Positions 20,331 through 28,612 of a DNA stretch of 64,000 nucleotides are shown one piece after another. This DNA comes from an uncultured Candidatus Binatia bacterium (lineage in GTDB: Bacteria > Desulfobacterota > Binatia > Bin18), in the NCBI GenBank assembly GCA_965200965.1, contig OZ241744.1, positions 32,001-96,000 on the forward strand. The letters run 5' to 3'. A program made the position numbers and the translations under genes. Each line of letters opens with the position of its first letter. The first letter of the stretch is position 1. Below the pieces are notes generated by a model. It worked only from the letters and a program-made list of their open reading frames with translations, was not told the origin of the DNA and did no database searches.

Positions 20331-21527
20331 ATGAATCCACCGCTATTGATTGAAGCGCACGGGCTTGGCAAATCCTACCGGCTGTATCGGTGCCACCTTG
20401 ACCGTTTGAAGGAAGTGCTGTGGCTGGGTCGGCGGCGTTTTTCTGAGGAGTTCTGGGCGGTGCGCGAGGTGTCCTTGCAGGTGTATCGGGGCGATGCGTG
20501 GGGGATTGTTGGAGCAAATGGGGCTGGAAAGAGTACGCTGCTCAAACTTTTGTGTGGTGTCACCCTGGCGTCTGAGGGACAGGTCCGCAGGGTTGGCCGG
20601 CTCAGTTCTCTGCTTGAACTTGGGATTGGCTTTCATCCCGAGTACAGCGGGCGCGAAAATCTGGCCCTGTCCGGCGCGTTGATGGGTCTGGGTCAGGCAG
20701 AGTTGGCGGAACGCCTGCCGCGGATTCTGGAGTTTGCCGACATTGGCGATTTCATTGATCGGCCGCTGAAAACCTATTCGTCCGGCATGGCGGTGCGGCT
20801 GGCCTTTGCCCTGGCCAGTTGTGTTGAGCCGGATGTGCTTGTCACCGATGAGATTCTTTCTGTTGGGGATGAGGCGTTCCAGAAAAAGTGTATTCGCTGG
20901 GTGGAAGATTTTCTTGGCGGTGGTGGAACGCTGCTGTTCTGCGGCCATAATACCTACCAGATCAAGAAACTGTGCGGCAAAGCCATGTGGCTGGACCGGG
21001 GGCGGGTGCGCACGCAGGGGGCGGCGTCACGCGTGGTCCAGGAGTATGCGGATTTCGTTGAAGCCCAGAGCCAGCCGGACGCAGGCCGGACGGCTGACTA
21101 TCCGGTCGCGCTGAGCGCTGGCGAGAATCGGGTCACGGAGGTCCGGCTGTTGGACGGTGCGGCCCAGGAAACCGCACAGTTCCATTTTGGACAGTCGTTC
21201 CGGGCCCGGGTCAGGGTTGAGGCCGGGACGGGGGAGACCAGACCGCCGGTGCTCCTGATTGGTTTTGTCCGGGCCGACCTGACCCCGGTCTACGGGGTGT
21301 CTTCGGAGATGGATGGGGTTGTGCCGCGGCACCTGGAGGGGCGCACCTATCAGATTGATTATGTGCTGCCGCAGCTCAGCTTGCTGCCCGGGCGCTACAT
21401 TCTGCGCGCCCACGCTGTGGATAGCGTTGGCTTGCGGCTTTTTGATACGGTTGAGCGCGCGTTCTCGGTGCGCGGGGAAAGCCGGGAACTCGGCCTATGC
21501 TCCTTGCCGCATAGCTGGGAGACCTAG
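20331..21527 (+). CDS. wzt: polysaccharide ABC exporter ATP-binding subunit with C-terminal carbohydrate-binding domain
   Basis: GANGAGKSTLL, YSSGMAVRLAFA, DEILSVGDEAFQKK; about 150 aa C-terminal extension. Confidence 0.92.
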   Translation: MNPPLLIEAHGLGKSYRLYRCHLDRLKEVLWLGRRRFSEEFWAVREVSLQVYRGDAWGIVGANGAGKSTLLKLLCGVTLASEGQVRRVGRLSSLLELGIGFHPEYSGRENLALSGALMGLGQAELAERLPRILEFADIGDFIDRPLKTYSSGMAVRLAFALASCVEPDVLVTDEILSVGDEAFQKKCIRWVEDFLGGGGTLLFCGHNTYQIKKLCGKAMWLDRGRVRTQGAASRVVQEYADFVEAQSQPDAGRTADYPVALSAGENRVTEVRLLDGAAQETAQFHFGQSFRARVRVEAGTGETRPPVLLIGFVRADLTPVYGVSSEMDGVVPRHLEGRTYQIDYVLPQLSLLPGRYILRAHAVDSVGLRLFDTVERAFSVRGESRELGLCSLPHSWET

Positions 21528-21586
21528 TGCTGGCGGAACAATGGTTTTTTCGTGTTCCAGGGCCAGGGTGATAAGGAAGCGTCATT

Positions 21587-22525
21587 ATGGCGGATAGGAG
21601 TTATCGGGATTTCTGGGAGCATGCTTCGGCTAGCCCGCAGGCAGCTTTGGCTGCCGTTGATGGCAGCGCAGATGAAAGTATTCTCCAAGCAACTGGATGC
21701 TGGACTGCTCGACAAGTCGCCCAGGCCTTGCTCCTCCAGCCTGCCGATCGGGTGTTGGAGGTCGGCTGTGGGGTGGGGCGGATCGGGCGCGAACTGGCTC
21801 CTCGGTGTCAACACTGGCAGGGGGTAGACATTGCCGAGAATATGCTGCGTGTTGCCAAAAATCGGACCGGCCACCTTCCGAATGTTGCCTTTCAGCAGTT
21901 GTCCCGGACGAGTCTGTCAATGTTTGCCACGGACAGCTTCGATAAAGCATATTCTGTGGCGGTCTTCATCCACCTCGATAAAGAGGATGTCTTTCTCTAT
22001 CTCCGAGAAGTCGCCCGCGTCTTACGGCCAGGCGGCATGTTCTATTTTGATATCTGGAACTCGGCTCATGATATCGGCTGGAAGCGCTGGATGATGGAAG
22101 TTGAGCACTGGGCCAATGGCGATCAAGCCGGCCGTAAAGATGTGGCGCGCAACCAGTTCTGTGTGCCCCAGGAAATCCGGCTGTATGTTCAGCGCGCTGG
22201 CCTCAGCGAGGCCTTGTGCTTGGCCGACTCGCCCTGGATTCAGATGGTTGCCGTTAAGCCCGGAGGGGCGGTGGCTATGGAGCAGTTGCGCGTGCAGCTC
22301 GACGCTCGGCAAGACCAATTCTGCTTCAGCCCGACGTGGAGCCGGCTGTTTGGCTCATTGCTTGACGTGTTGCAGAGCCAGCGCCCGCCGCTCGCCTTCT
22401 GGCACGAGTTGCAAGCCCTTGGCGAAACGCCCGAAGCCGAACTGTACCGATGCTATTTTCTGGGGATATGGAAAACCCGCCAAGCCGCCTGGGGGGCGTC
22501 GCCGGTGTGCGCGCGCCGACCGTGA
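21587..22525 (+). CDS. class I SAM-dependent methyltransferase
   Basis: VLEVGCGVGRIG, GVDIAENML, SFDKAYS, LRPGG. Confidence 0.88.
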   Translation: MADRSYRDFWEHASASPQAALAAVDGSADESILQATGCWTARQVAQALLLQPADRVLEVGCGVGRIGRELAPRCQHWQGVDIAENMLRVAKNRTGHLPNVAFQQLSRTSLSMFATDSFDKAYSVAVFIHLDKEDVFLYLREVARVLRPGGMFYFDIWNSAHDIGWKRWMMEVEHWANGDQAGRKDVARNQFCVPQEIRLYVQRAGLSEALCLADSPWIQMVAVKPGGAVAMEQLRVQLDARQDQFCFSPTWSRLFGSLLDVLQSQRPPLAFWHELQALGETPEAELYRCYFLGIWKTRQAAWGASPVCARRP

Positions 22526-23322
22526 ACAATCCGCTGGCCCTGGTCCGCACCGCGGTGCGGCACCGGGCCTTGCTGGGCCAGATGGTGGCGCGTGATGTCA
22601 CAGCGCGTTTTGTGGGGACGAGTCTCGGTGCGGTGTGGAGCCTCATTCAGCCGTTTATCCTGCTGTGTCTGTATACGTTTGTGTTCGGGGTGATCTACCG
22701 GGTGCGCTTTCAGGTTGAAGGGGTTGGCTTTGTGCCGTTTTTGTTTTGCGGCCTGTGGCCGTGGCTGGCGTTTCAGGACGCCTGTCTGCGGTCGGTGACG
22801 GTCATTGTCGATAACGCCCAGTTGATGAAGCGTGTCCAGTTTCCCTCTGAACTGTTAGTCTTGTCCGCGGTGGTGTCGAGCTTTCTCAGCCACGCGGTCG
22901 GCTTTGGTCTGATGCTGGCTGGGGTGGGGATTTGGCAGGGCGGGCTTTCCCCGCTGGCCGTCGGCCTGCTGGCGATTCCGTTTCTGCTCCAAGTGCTGCT
23001 GGCCGTCGCGCTCGGCCTGCTGCTGGCTCCGGCCAATGTCTTTGTGCGGGATGTGTCGCAGCTCACTGGTGCGCTGTTTACGGTGTGGTTTTTCCTGTCC
23101 CCGGTCTTGTATTCCGTGCAGATGGTACCCGAAGCTCTGCAAGCCCTCCTGGCCTGGAATCCGCTGACCCCCATCCTGTCCCTGTACCGGACGCTGATTC
23201 TCAGCCCTGCACAGATGGGCTGGATTTTTGTCTTATATCCCCTCATTCTGTCTCTGCTGTTGCTGGGCTTGGCCCAGCGGTTCTTTGCTGGCTGTAAAGG
23301 CTATTTTGCCGATTATCTCTAG
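22522..23322 (+). CDS. wzm: polysaccharide ABC exporter permease
   Basis: RDVTARFVGTSLGAVWSLIQP, VRDV, FLSPVLY, NPLT, FADYL; GTG start overlaps the upstream stop. Confidence 0.92.
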   Translation: MNNPLALVRTAVRHRALLGQMVARDVTARFVGTSLGAVWSLIQPFILLCLYTFVFGVIYRVRFQVEGVGFVPFLFCGLWPWLAFQDACLRSVTVIVDNAQLMKRVQFPSELLVLSAVVSSFLSHAVGFGLMLAGVGIWQGGLSPLAVGLLAIPFLLQVLLAVALGLLLAPANVFVRDVSQLTGALFTVWFFLSPVLYSVQMVPEALQALLAWNPLTPILSLYRTLILSPAQMGWIFVLYPLILSLLLLGLAQRFFAGCKGYFADYL

Positions 23323-23358
23323 GGGCCGTGTGGGGGTGGCTGAGGCTGGAAACACATA

Positions 23359-24999
23359 ATGCGCGGGAATATCAGAGAGTTTGTCCGGGTTGTGTCCGAG
23401 ACGCTGAGCATTCCACAGCCCATTGTTGAGATTGGGGCCTTGCAGGTTGTCGGTCAGCCCTGTCCGGCCGACCTGCGTCCGCTGTTTGCCGGAACAGACT
23501 ACATCGGCTGTGATATCCGGCCGGGTCCGGGGGTGGACCGGCTTGAAGATGTCCACCACCTGTCGTTTGCCTCGGATACGGTTGGAACCGTCTTGATGCT
23601 GGAGACGCTGGAGCACGTCAAAAATCCGCTCCAGGCTCTGGCTGAGGTGTTCCGGGTTCTGCGGCCTGGCGGTCTGGCGGTCATCAGTTCGGTCATGGAC
23701 TTTCCCGTGCATGAACATCCGGCCGATTATTGGCGCTTTACGCCACAGGGATTTGAGCTGCTGTTAGAGCGTTTTGCGCCACGGCGGGTGTATGTCCAGG
23801 GTCTGCCCGTGTTTCCTCACTCGCTGGGCGGGGTCGGGATAAAGCCGGGACAGGCAGAGACACCCCGCCGGCAGACCGACCTGGATCTGCTTGACCAGCG
23901 TGTGCGGACGATTCCGGGGACCCTCACCCAGGAGATCACGCCCCGGCTTGGGCCGGACCATTTTCGGCTCCTGGGCGAGGAGTTGGGCGAGGAAGAGCGA
24001 CTTCGCTATCCGGTCCCGATGTTGCACAACGCCTATGACCGCCTGTTGCAAAAAGATGAAGAAATCGCGCGGCTCCAACAGGCTCTGAGCCGTTCGCAAG
24101 AAGCCCACCACAGAGAACACGACACAAGGGCGACGCGCTTTGATTATGCCACCTATGAATTCGAGCTGCGTGACCGGCGGGTGAACCGTGATATGCAGGC
24201 CGGCTATGTGTCCCATTTCCAGGGCTGCCGCAAGGTGCTTGACCTGGCCTGCGGCTCGGGCATTTTCCTCGAACTGCTGGCCGAGCAGGGGATTCCCGCC
24301 CTCGGCGTTGAGCGCAACCCGGCGGTGGCGGCCTGGGTGAAACGGCACGGCTGGGACGTGGTGGAGCAAGATGTCCTGACCTTCCTGGAGCAGACGACCG
24401 AGACCTATGACGGGGTTTACTGCTCCCATTTGCTTGAGCATCTGCCTTTTGCCGAGGTGGCGCGGTGCATTGAGTTGCTCGCCTCTCGTCTCGTTCCGTC
24501 TGGAACAGTGGTGATTGTTGTCCCCAACCCCGAATCGATCCGGATGCAGTTGTTTGGATTCTGGCGTGACCCTGAGCATGTCCGCTTCTATCACCCCGAG
24601 CTGCTTGAGGCCGTCTGCCGACACGCCGGCCTTCAGGTCCTCTCCACCAACCGGAGAGACATTCCCTTTGCTACCGCTCCGCTTTCGTTGCCGTCCACAG
24701 CGGACACGCCGGCAAACCAGTCCGGCCCGCGGCGGGGACGGCTGAAAGAGCGGGCGCGGGCCGTCTACTTGCACTGCCTGCGTCTGTTGCGTCTCAGCCC
24801 GGCTGCGGATCTCGTGGCTGTAGAGAGCCGCCTGCGCCAGCACCTGGACGCCCGCTGGGAGGCCGTGGCGGCCTGGGCCGACACCACACATGCGGCCCTC
24901 GACCACATATGGGCGTGGCCCGACAATGCGGTCATTGTGTGCCGCAAGATGGACGCCACCCAGGGTGACACTTCCGGGGGAGGGGGGTCAGAGCCGTGA
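23359..24999 (+). CDS. tandem two-domain SAM methyltransferase with a short coiled coil
   Basis: Domain 1: VEIGA..GCDIRPGPGVD..ETLEHV..HPADYWRFT. Domain 2: VLDLACGSGIFLE..SHLLEHL..FWRDPEH. Confidence 0.85.
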   Translation: MRGNIREFVRVVSETLSIPQPIVEIGALQVVGQPCPADLRPLFAGTDYIGCDIRPGPGVDRLEDVHHLSFASDTVGTVLMLETLEHVKNPLQALAEVFRVLRPGGLAVISSVMDFPVHEHPADYWRFTPQGFELLLERFAPRRVYVQGLPVFPHSLGGVGIKPGQAETPRRQTDLDLLDQRVRTIPGTLTQEITPRLGPDHFRLLGEELGEEERLRYPVPMLHNAYDRLLQKDEEIARLQQALSRSQEAHHREHDTRATRFDYATYEFELRDRRVNRDMQAGYVSHFQGCRKVLDLACGSGIFLELLAEQGIPALGVERNPAVAAWVKRHGWDVVEQDVLTFLEQTTETYDGVYCSHLLEHLPFAEVARCIELLASRLVPSGTVVIVVPNPESIRMQLFGFWRDPEHVRFYHPELLEAVCRHAGLQVLSTNRRDIPFATAPLSLPSTADTPANQSGPRRGRLKERARAVYLHCLRLLRLSPAADLVAVESRLRQHLDARWEAVAAWADTTHAALDHIWAWPDNAVIVCRKMDATQGDTSGGGGSEP

Positions 25000-25964
25000 C
25001 AACACGTCCGAGCGTGTCCATTCTGCTGGTGACGAAAAACGGTGCCCGCTATCTGGCCGAAGTGCTGGACGCTATCGGCCGCCAACGCGGACACTTTCAC
25101 CTTGAGGAGATTATTGCGGTGGATTCCGGCTCGCGGGATGGTTCGCCGGAGATTTTGCGCCAGGCCGGGGCGCGCGTCCTGACGATTCCCGCGGCCGCGT
25201 TTGGTCACGGCAAAACCCGCAACCTGGCGGCCTCGCAGGCCCGGGGCGACTATCTGGTTTTCCTGACCCAAGACGCGACTCCGGCTCGTGCGGACTGGCT
25301 GGACACGCTGCTCGCCCCCCTGGAGGCCGACCCGCTCATTGTCGGGGCCTACAGTCACCACAGGCCGCGTCCCGGCTGCCACCCGATGGAGTGGCGGCGG
25401 ATCGTCCAGGAAGAGATGTCCGGCAGGCCAGACTCCTGCGTCAACAGCGCGGTCAATAATCCAGCCTATGCTCGCAATCCGGTTTTTTTTAATTTTTTTG
25501 CCAATACCAGCTCCGTCATTCGGCGCCGGACCTGGAACCGCATCCCTTTGCCCGAGGTCGAATTTGGCGAAGATCAACTGTGGGCCAAATCGGTCCTTGA
25601 AGCCGGCTATAAGACGGCCTACTGCGCCGACTCAGTGGTATATCATTCCCACGGCTATGGACCGTGGGCCAATTTCCGCCGCCACTTTGACCATTTCGCT
25701 GTCCTGTCCGGGGAGACGGGCAAGATGCCCAGCCGTCTGGCCGAATGTCTGATCGCGGCTGTCCAGGTGGCCCGCCTCGACCTGGCCTTCTGGGCGCAGG
25801 AACGGGGCAAGACCAGGGCGCGCGTGGTGTATCGCTGGGCACTGCCGGCGCTGAGCTGGCATGTCGCCGCCCAGTTGGGGATGTGGTTTGGAGAGCGGGC
25901 ACGGACATTGCCGGGCTGGCTCCAGAGGTGGTTTTCGTATCAGACCCACATCAAACGCCAGTAG
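24996..25964 (+). CDS. GT2 glycosyltransferase (rhamnosyltransferase-like)
   Basis: VDSGSRDGS, FGHGKTRN, FLTQDA, GEDQLWA, VYHSH. Confidence 0.88.
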   Translation: MTTRPSVSILLVTKNGARYLAEVLDAIGRQRGHFHLEEIIAVDSGSRDGSPEILRQAGARVLTIPAAAFGHGKTRNLAASQARGDYLVFLTQDATPARADWLDTLLAPLEADPLIVGAYSHHRPRPGCHPMEWRRIVQEEMSGRPDSCVNSAVNNPAYARNPVFFNFFANTSSVIRRRTWNRIPLPEVEFGEDQLWAKSVLEAGYKTAYCADSVVYHSHGYGPWANFRRHFDHFAVLSGETGKMPSRLAECLIAAVQVARLDLAFWAQERGKTRARVVYRWALPALSWHVAAQLGMWFGERARTLPGWLQRWFSYQTHIKRQ

Positions 25965-25993
25965 CGGAGAAAACGAGCCAGGAAGACAGGGCC

Positions 25994-28612
25994 ATGCGGA
26001 TTGTCCAGGTGGTACACGGGCTTCCTCCACAAGAGAAGGCAGGGACCGAGATCCTGACCCTGGAACTGTCCCGGGCCCTCCAGGCGCGCGGACACCAGGT
26101 CACGATTGTGGCGCGGACCTTTGCGCCCGAGCGCGAGGAATTCAGCCTCCAGGAAGAGCGGGATGGAAGCGGGATGCGGACCGTCCGCCTGGTCAATAAT
26201 TACACGCGAACGACATTCTATCGCCTGGAGTACGACAATCCCTTTTTCCATGACCTCTTTCGCCAACTCTTACACCGCTGCCAGGCCGATATTGTCCATT
26301 TTCAACATATTGCCCACCTGTCGGCCAGCCTTATTCCGTGCGTGTCTGCCCTTGGCTGCCCAACGGTGTTGAGCCTGCACGACTTCTTTTTTGCCTGTCA
26401 TCGGATACAGTTCATTGATCGTGACGACCGGCTCTGCCCCGGACCGCACGGTGGCGAGCGCTGTGTCCCCTGTCTCCACGACATCGCCCCAGCCGCAGCC
26501 ATTCGCCGTCGTTTTGCGTATATGACCCAGGTCTTACAGGTTCCCCGTCGGGTGATCGTTCCATCCGCCTTTCTGGCCAGGCGGATTGCGGACGATTTTC
26601 CCTCCTTGCACGACCGGCTCCAGGTCATTGCCCCCGGGCTGCCCCTCCCGCCCGGTTCCGCGCCACAGCGGCCCCCGCGGCCAGATGGGGCGAACAGGGG
26701 ACGAAACACCTCAGGCAGCCCCCGGCAGCCCCTGCGGATTGTCTCTGTCGGTATCCTGCAACCGCACAAAGGCGCGCATGTTCTGATTGAGGCCCTCAAA
26801 GGGCTGCCCGCCGACCGGGTGCATACCTCGTTCTATGGGCAGGAGCCGGCCTCCAGGCAGGACTATATTGACCAGCTCCGCCGGGCGGCAGCCGGCCTGT
26901 CTGTTCAGTGGGGGGGGGTGTACGACCGGGCGCAACTCCAGGCTATTCTGGCCCGGCACGATGTGCTGGTCATGCCCGTCATCTGGGAAGAGACGTTTTC
27001 TCTGGTGATCCGTGAGGCGTTCCAGGCCGGTCTGCCGGTAATTGCCGCCCGCCGCGGGGCCTTGCCCGAGGTTATCCACGATGGCCGCAATGGGCTGCTG
27101 TTCGAGCCGGAGAATGCGGAGGACCTGCGGCGATGCCTGCGGCGTCTTCTTGATGAGCCGGCACTGCTCGCGCAACTCAAGCCAGCCGGCTTTGTCTGGC
27201 GCGATGCTGATGCCTGCGCCCGGGATGTTGAGCAGGTGTATGCAGCCGTGCTGGCCGAGTCCGGCCCCCGCTCCGCCCTGCCTTTGCCGGGTGTCCCCAA
27301 TACGCCATCGGTGCCGAACGGGCCAGAGGCGTCGTCCCAAGCTCCGAACCCCTCCAGCCCAGCCGCCGTGCCTCGCCAGTTCAGAGATACGTCGCCCGGC
27401 GTGGCCCCACCCCGCCTGAGCGTCTGTCTGCCGACCTGCAACGGTGAGGCGTATGTGGCCGAAGCACTGCGCAGTGTGTTGCAGCAGAGCTATGCCGATT
27501 TTGAAGTGGTGGCGGTTGACGACGGCTCAAGCGACCGGACAGGAGAGATTCTCCAGGGGTGTGACGACCCCCGCGTCCGCATCTATCAGAACCCGCGCCA
27601 GCGAGGCATTTCGGGCAACTGGAATGCCGCGGTCGAGCTGGCCCGGGGCGAGTATGTGTGCGTCTTCCACCAGGATGATGTGATGCTGGCCGATAATCTG
27701 GCTCGGAAAATGGCCCTGTTTGAGACAGACCCCGGCCTCAGCCTGGTGCATTCGCGGGCAGACCCCATTGTCGAAGCCGGAGCGCCGAGTCGTTTGGCCA
27801 GCTGGATGGAACAAGCGGAGGCGGATTTTGTGGCGGAAGGCGAGGCGTATTTTCGCAAACTGCTGCTGAGGGGGAATTGCATCGCCGCATCAACCGTCAT
27901 GGTCCGGCGGGAGCAGTTAGCCGCGGCCGGTGGCTTCAATGAAACGCTCGGCTTTGCCTGCGACTATGAGATGTGGATGAAGCTGTGCCTTGAGGGCCGG
28001 GTCGGTTTTCTCCACGACGCCCTGGTGCGCTACCGCTGGCACGGCGGCAATGTCTCGCACGACTATCAATACGAGCGGGGAGTGGAAGAGTGCGGCCGAG
28101 CGATGCGTGCCGCCCTCGCCTCCTACACCCAAGGCCGCGGCAACACGCCCCAGGCCCGGCTCTTGGCTGAGGCCGCGGAAGCCGTCCTGAAACAACGGGA
28201 GTGGGCGGCTGAGCTTGACCGGGGGCGGGTGTGGCTGGAAGACCAGTGGCAACGCTGGCAGGAGCACGACAAAGAGCAGGCCGGGGTCGTGGCCGACTAT
28301 AAGACCTGGATCGACGAGTTGGAAGCCGGCAAGGCCTGGCTGGAAGACCAGTGGCAACGCTGGCAGGAGCACGACAAAGAGCAGGCCGGGGTCGTGGCCG
28401 ACTATAAGACCTGGATCGACGAGTTGGAAGCCGGCAAGGCCTGGCTCGAAGAGCAGTGGGGCAATTGGCAGCGGATTGCGCAAGAGCGAGCCTGGTTCGA
28501 AGAGCAGTGGCGGGACAATTTTTGGATACGCCTGGGCCGGTTTTTGAGAATCGTAAAGCCTGCACAGGGGTTTCTAGCAAAAAAGAGCGAGCCTGATGAT
28601 CGATCCGACTGA
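25994..28612 (+). CDS. multidomain glycosyltransferase GT4 + GT2 with a Trp-rich coiled-coil tail
   Basis: MRIVQVVHGLPP..GTE, HKGAHVL, ETFSLVIREA (GT4); VDDGSSD, FHQDD, DYEMW (GT2); C-terminal repeats. Confidence 0.9.
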   Translation: MRIVQVVHGLPPQEKAGTEILTLELSRALQARGHQVTIVARTFAPEREEFSLQEERDGSGMRTVRLVNNYTRTTFYRLEYDNPFFHDLFRQLLHRCQADIVHFQHIAHLSASLIPCVSALGCPTVLSLHDFFFACHRIQFIDRDDRLCPGPHGGERCVPCLHDIAPAAAIRRRFAYMTQVLQVPRRVIVPSAFLARRIADDFPSLHDRLQVIAPGLPLPPGSAPQRPPRPDGANRGRNTSGSPRQPLRIVSVGILQPHKGAHVLIEALKGLPADRVHTSFYGQEPASRQDYIDQLRRAAAGLSVQWGGVYDRAQLQAILARHDVLVMPVIWEETFSLVIREAFQAGLPVIAARRGALPEVIHDGRNGLLFEPENAEDLRRCLRRLLDEPALLAQLKPAGFVWRDADACARDVEQVYAAVLAESGPRSALPLPGVPNTPSVPNGPEASSQAPNPSSPAAVPRQFRDTSPGVAPPRLSVCLPTCNGEAYVAEALRSVLQQSYADFEVVAVDDGSSDRTGEILQGCDDPRVRIYQNPRQRGISGNWNAAVELARGEYVCVFHQDDVMLADNLARKMALFETDPGLSLVHSRADPIVEAGAPSRLASWMEQAEADFVAEGEAYFRKLLLRGNCIAASTVMVRREQLAAAGGFNETLGFACDYEMWMKLCLEGRVGFLHDALVRYRWHGGNVSHDYQYERGVEECGRAMRAALASYTQGRGNTPQARLLAEAAEAVLKQREWAAELDRGRVWLEDQWQRWQEHDKEQAGVVADYKTWIDELEAGKAWLEDQWQRWQEHDKEQAGVVADYKTWIDELEAGKAWLEEQWGNWQRIAQERAWFEEQWRDNFWIRLGRFLRIVKPAQGFLAKKSEPDDRSD
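28232..28441 (+). repeat. perfect 2 x 105 bp in-frame tandem repeat (35 aa), followed by a degenerate third unit
   Basis: WLEDQWQRWQEHDKEQAGVVADYKTWIDELEAGKA starts at 28232 and 28337 with identical DNA. Confidence 0.95.
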
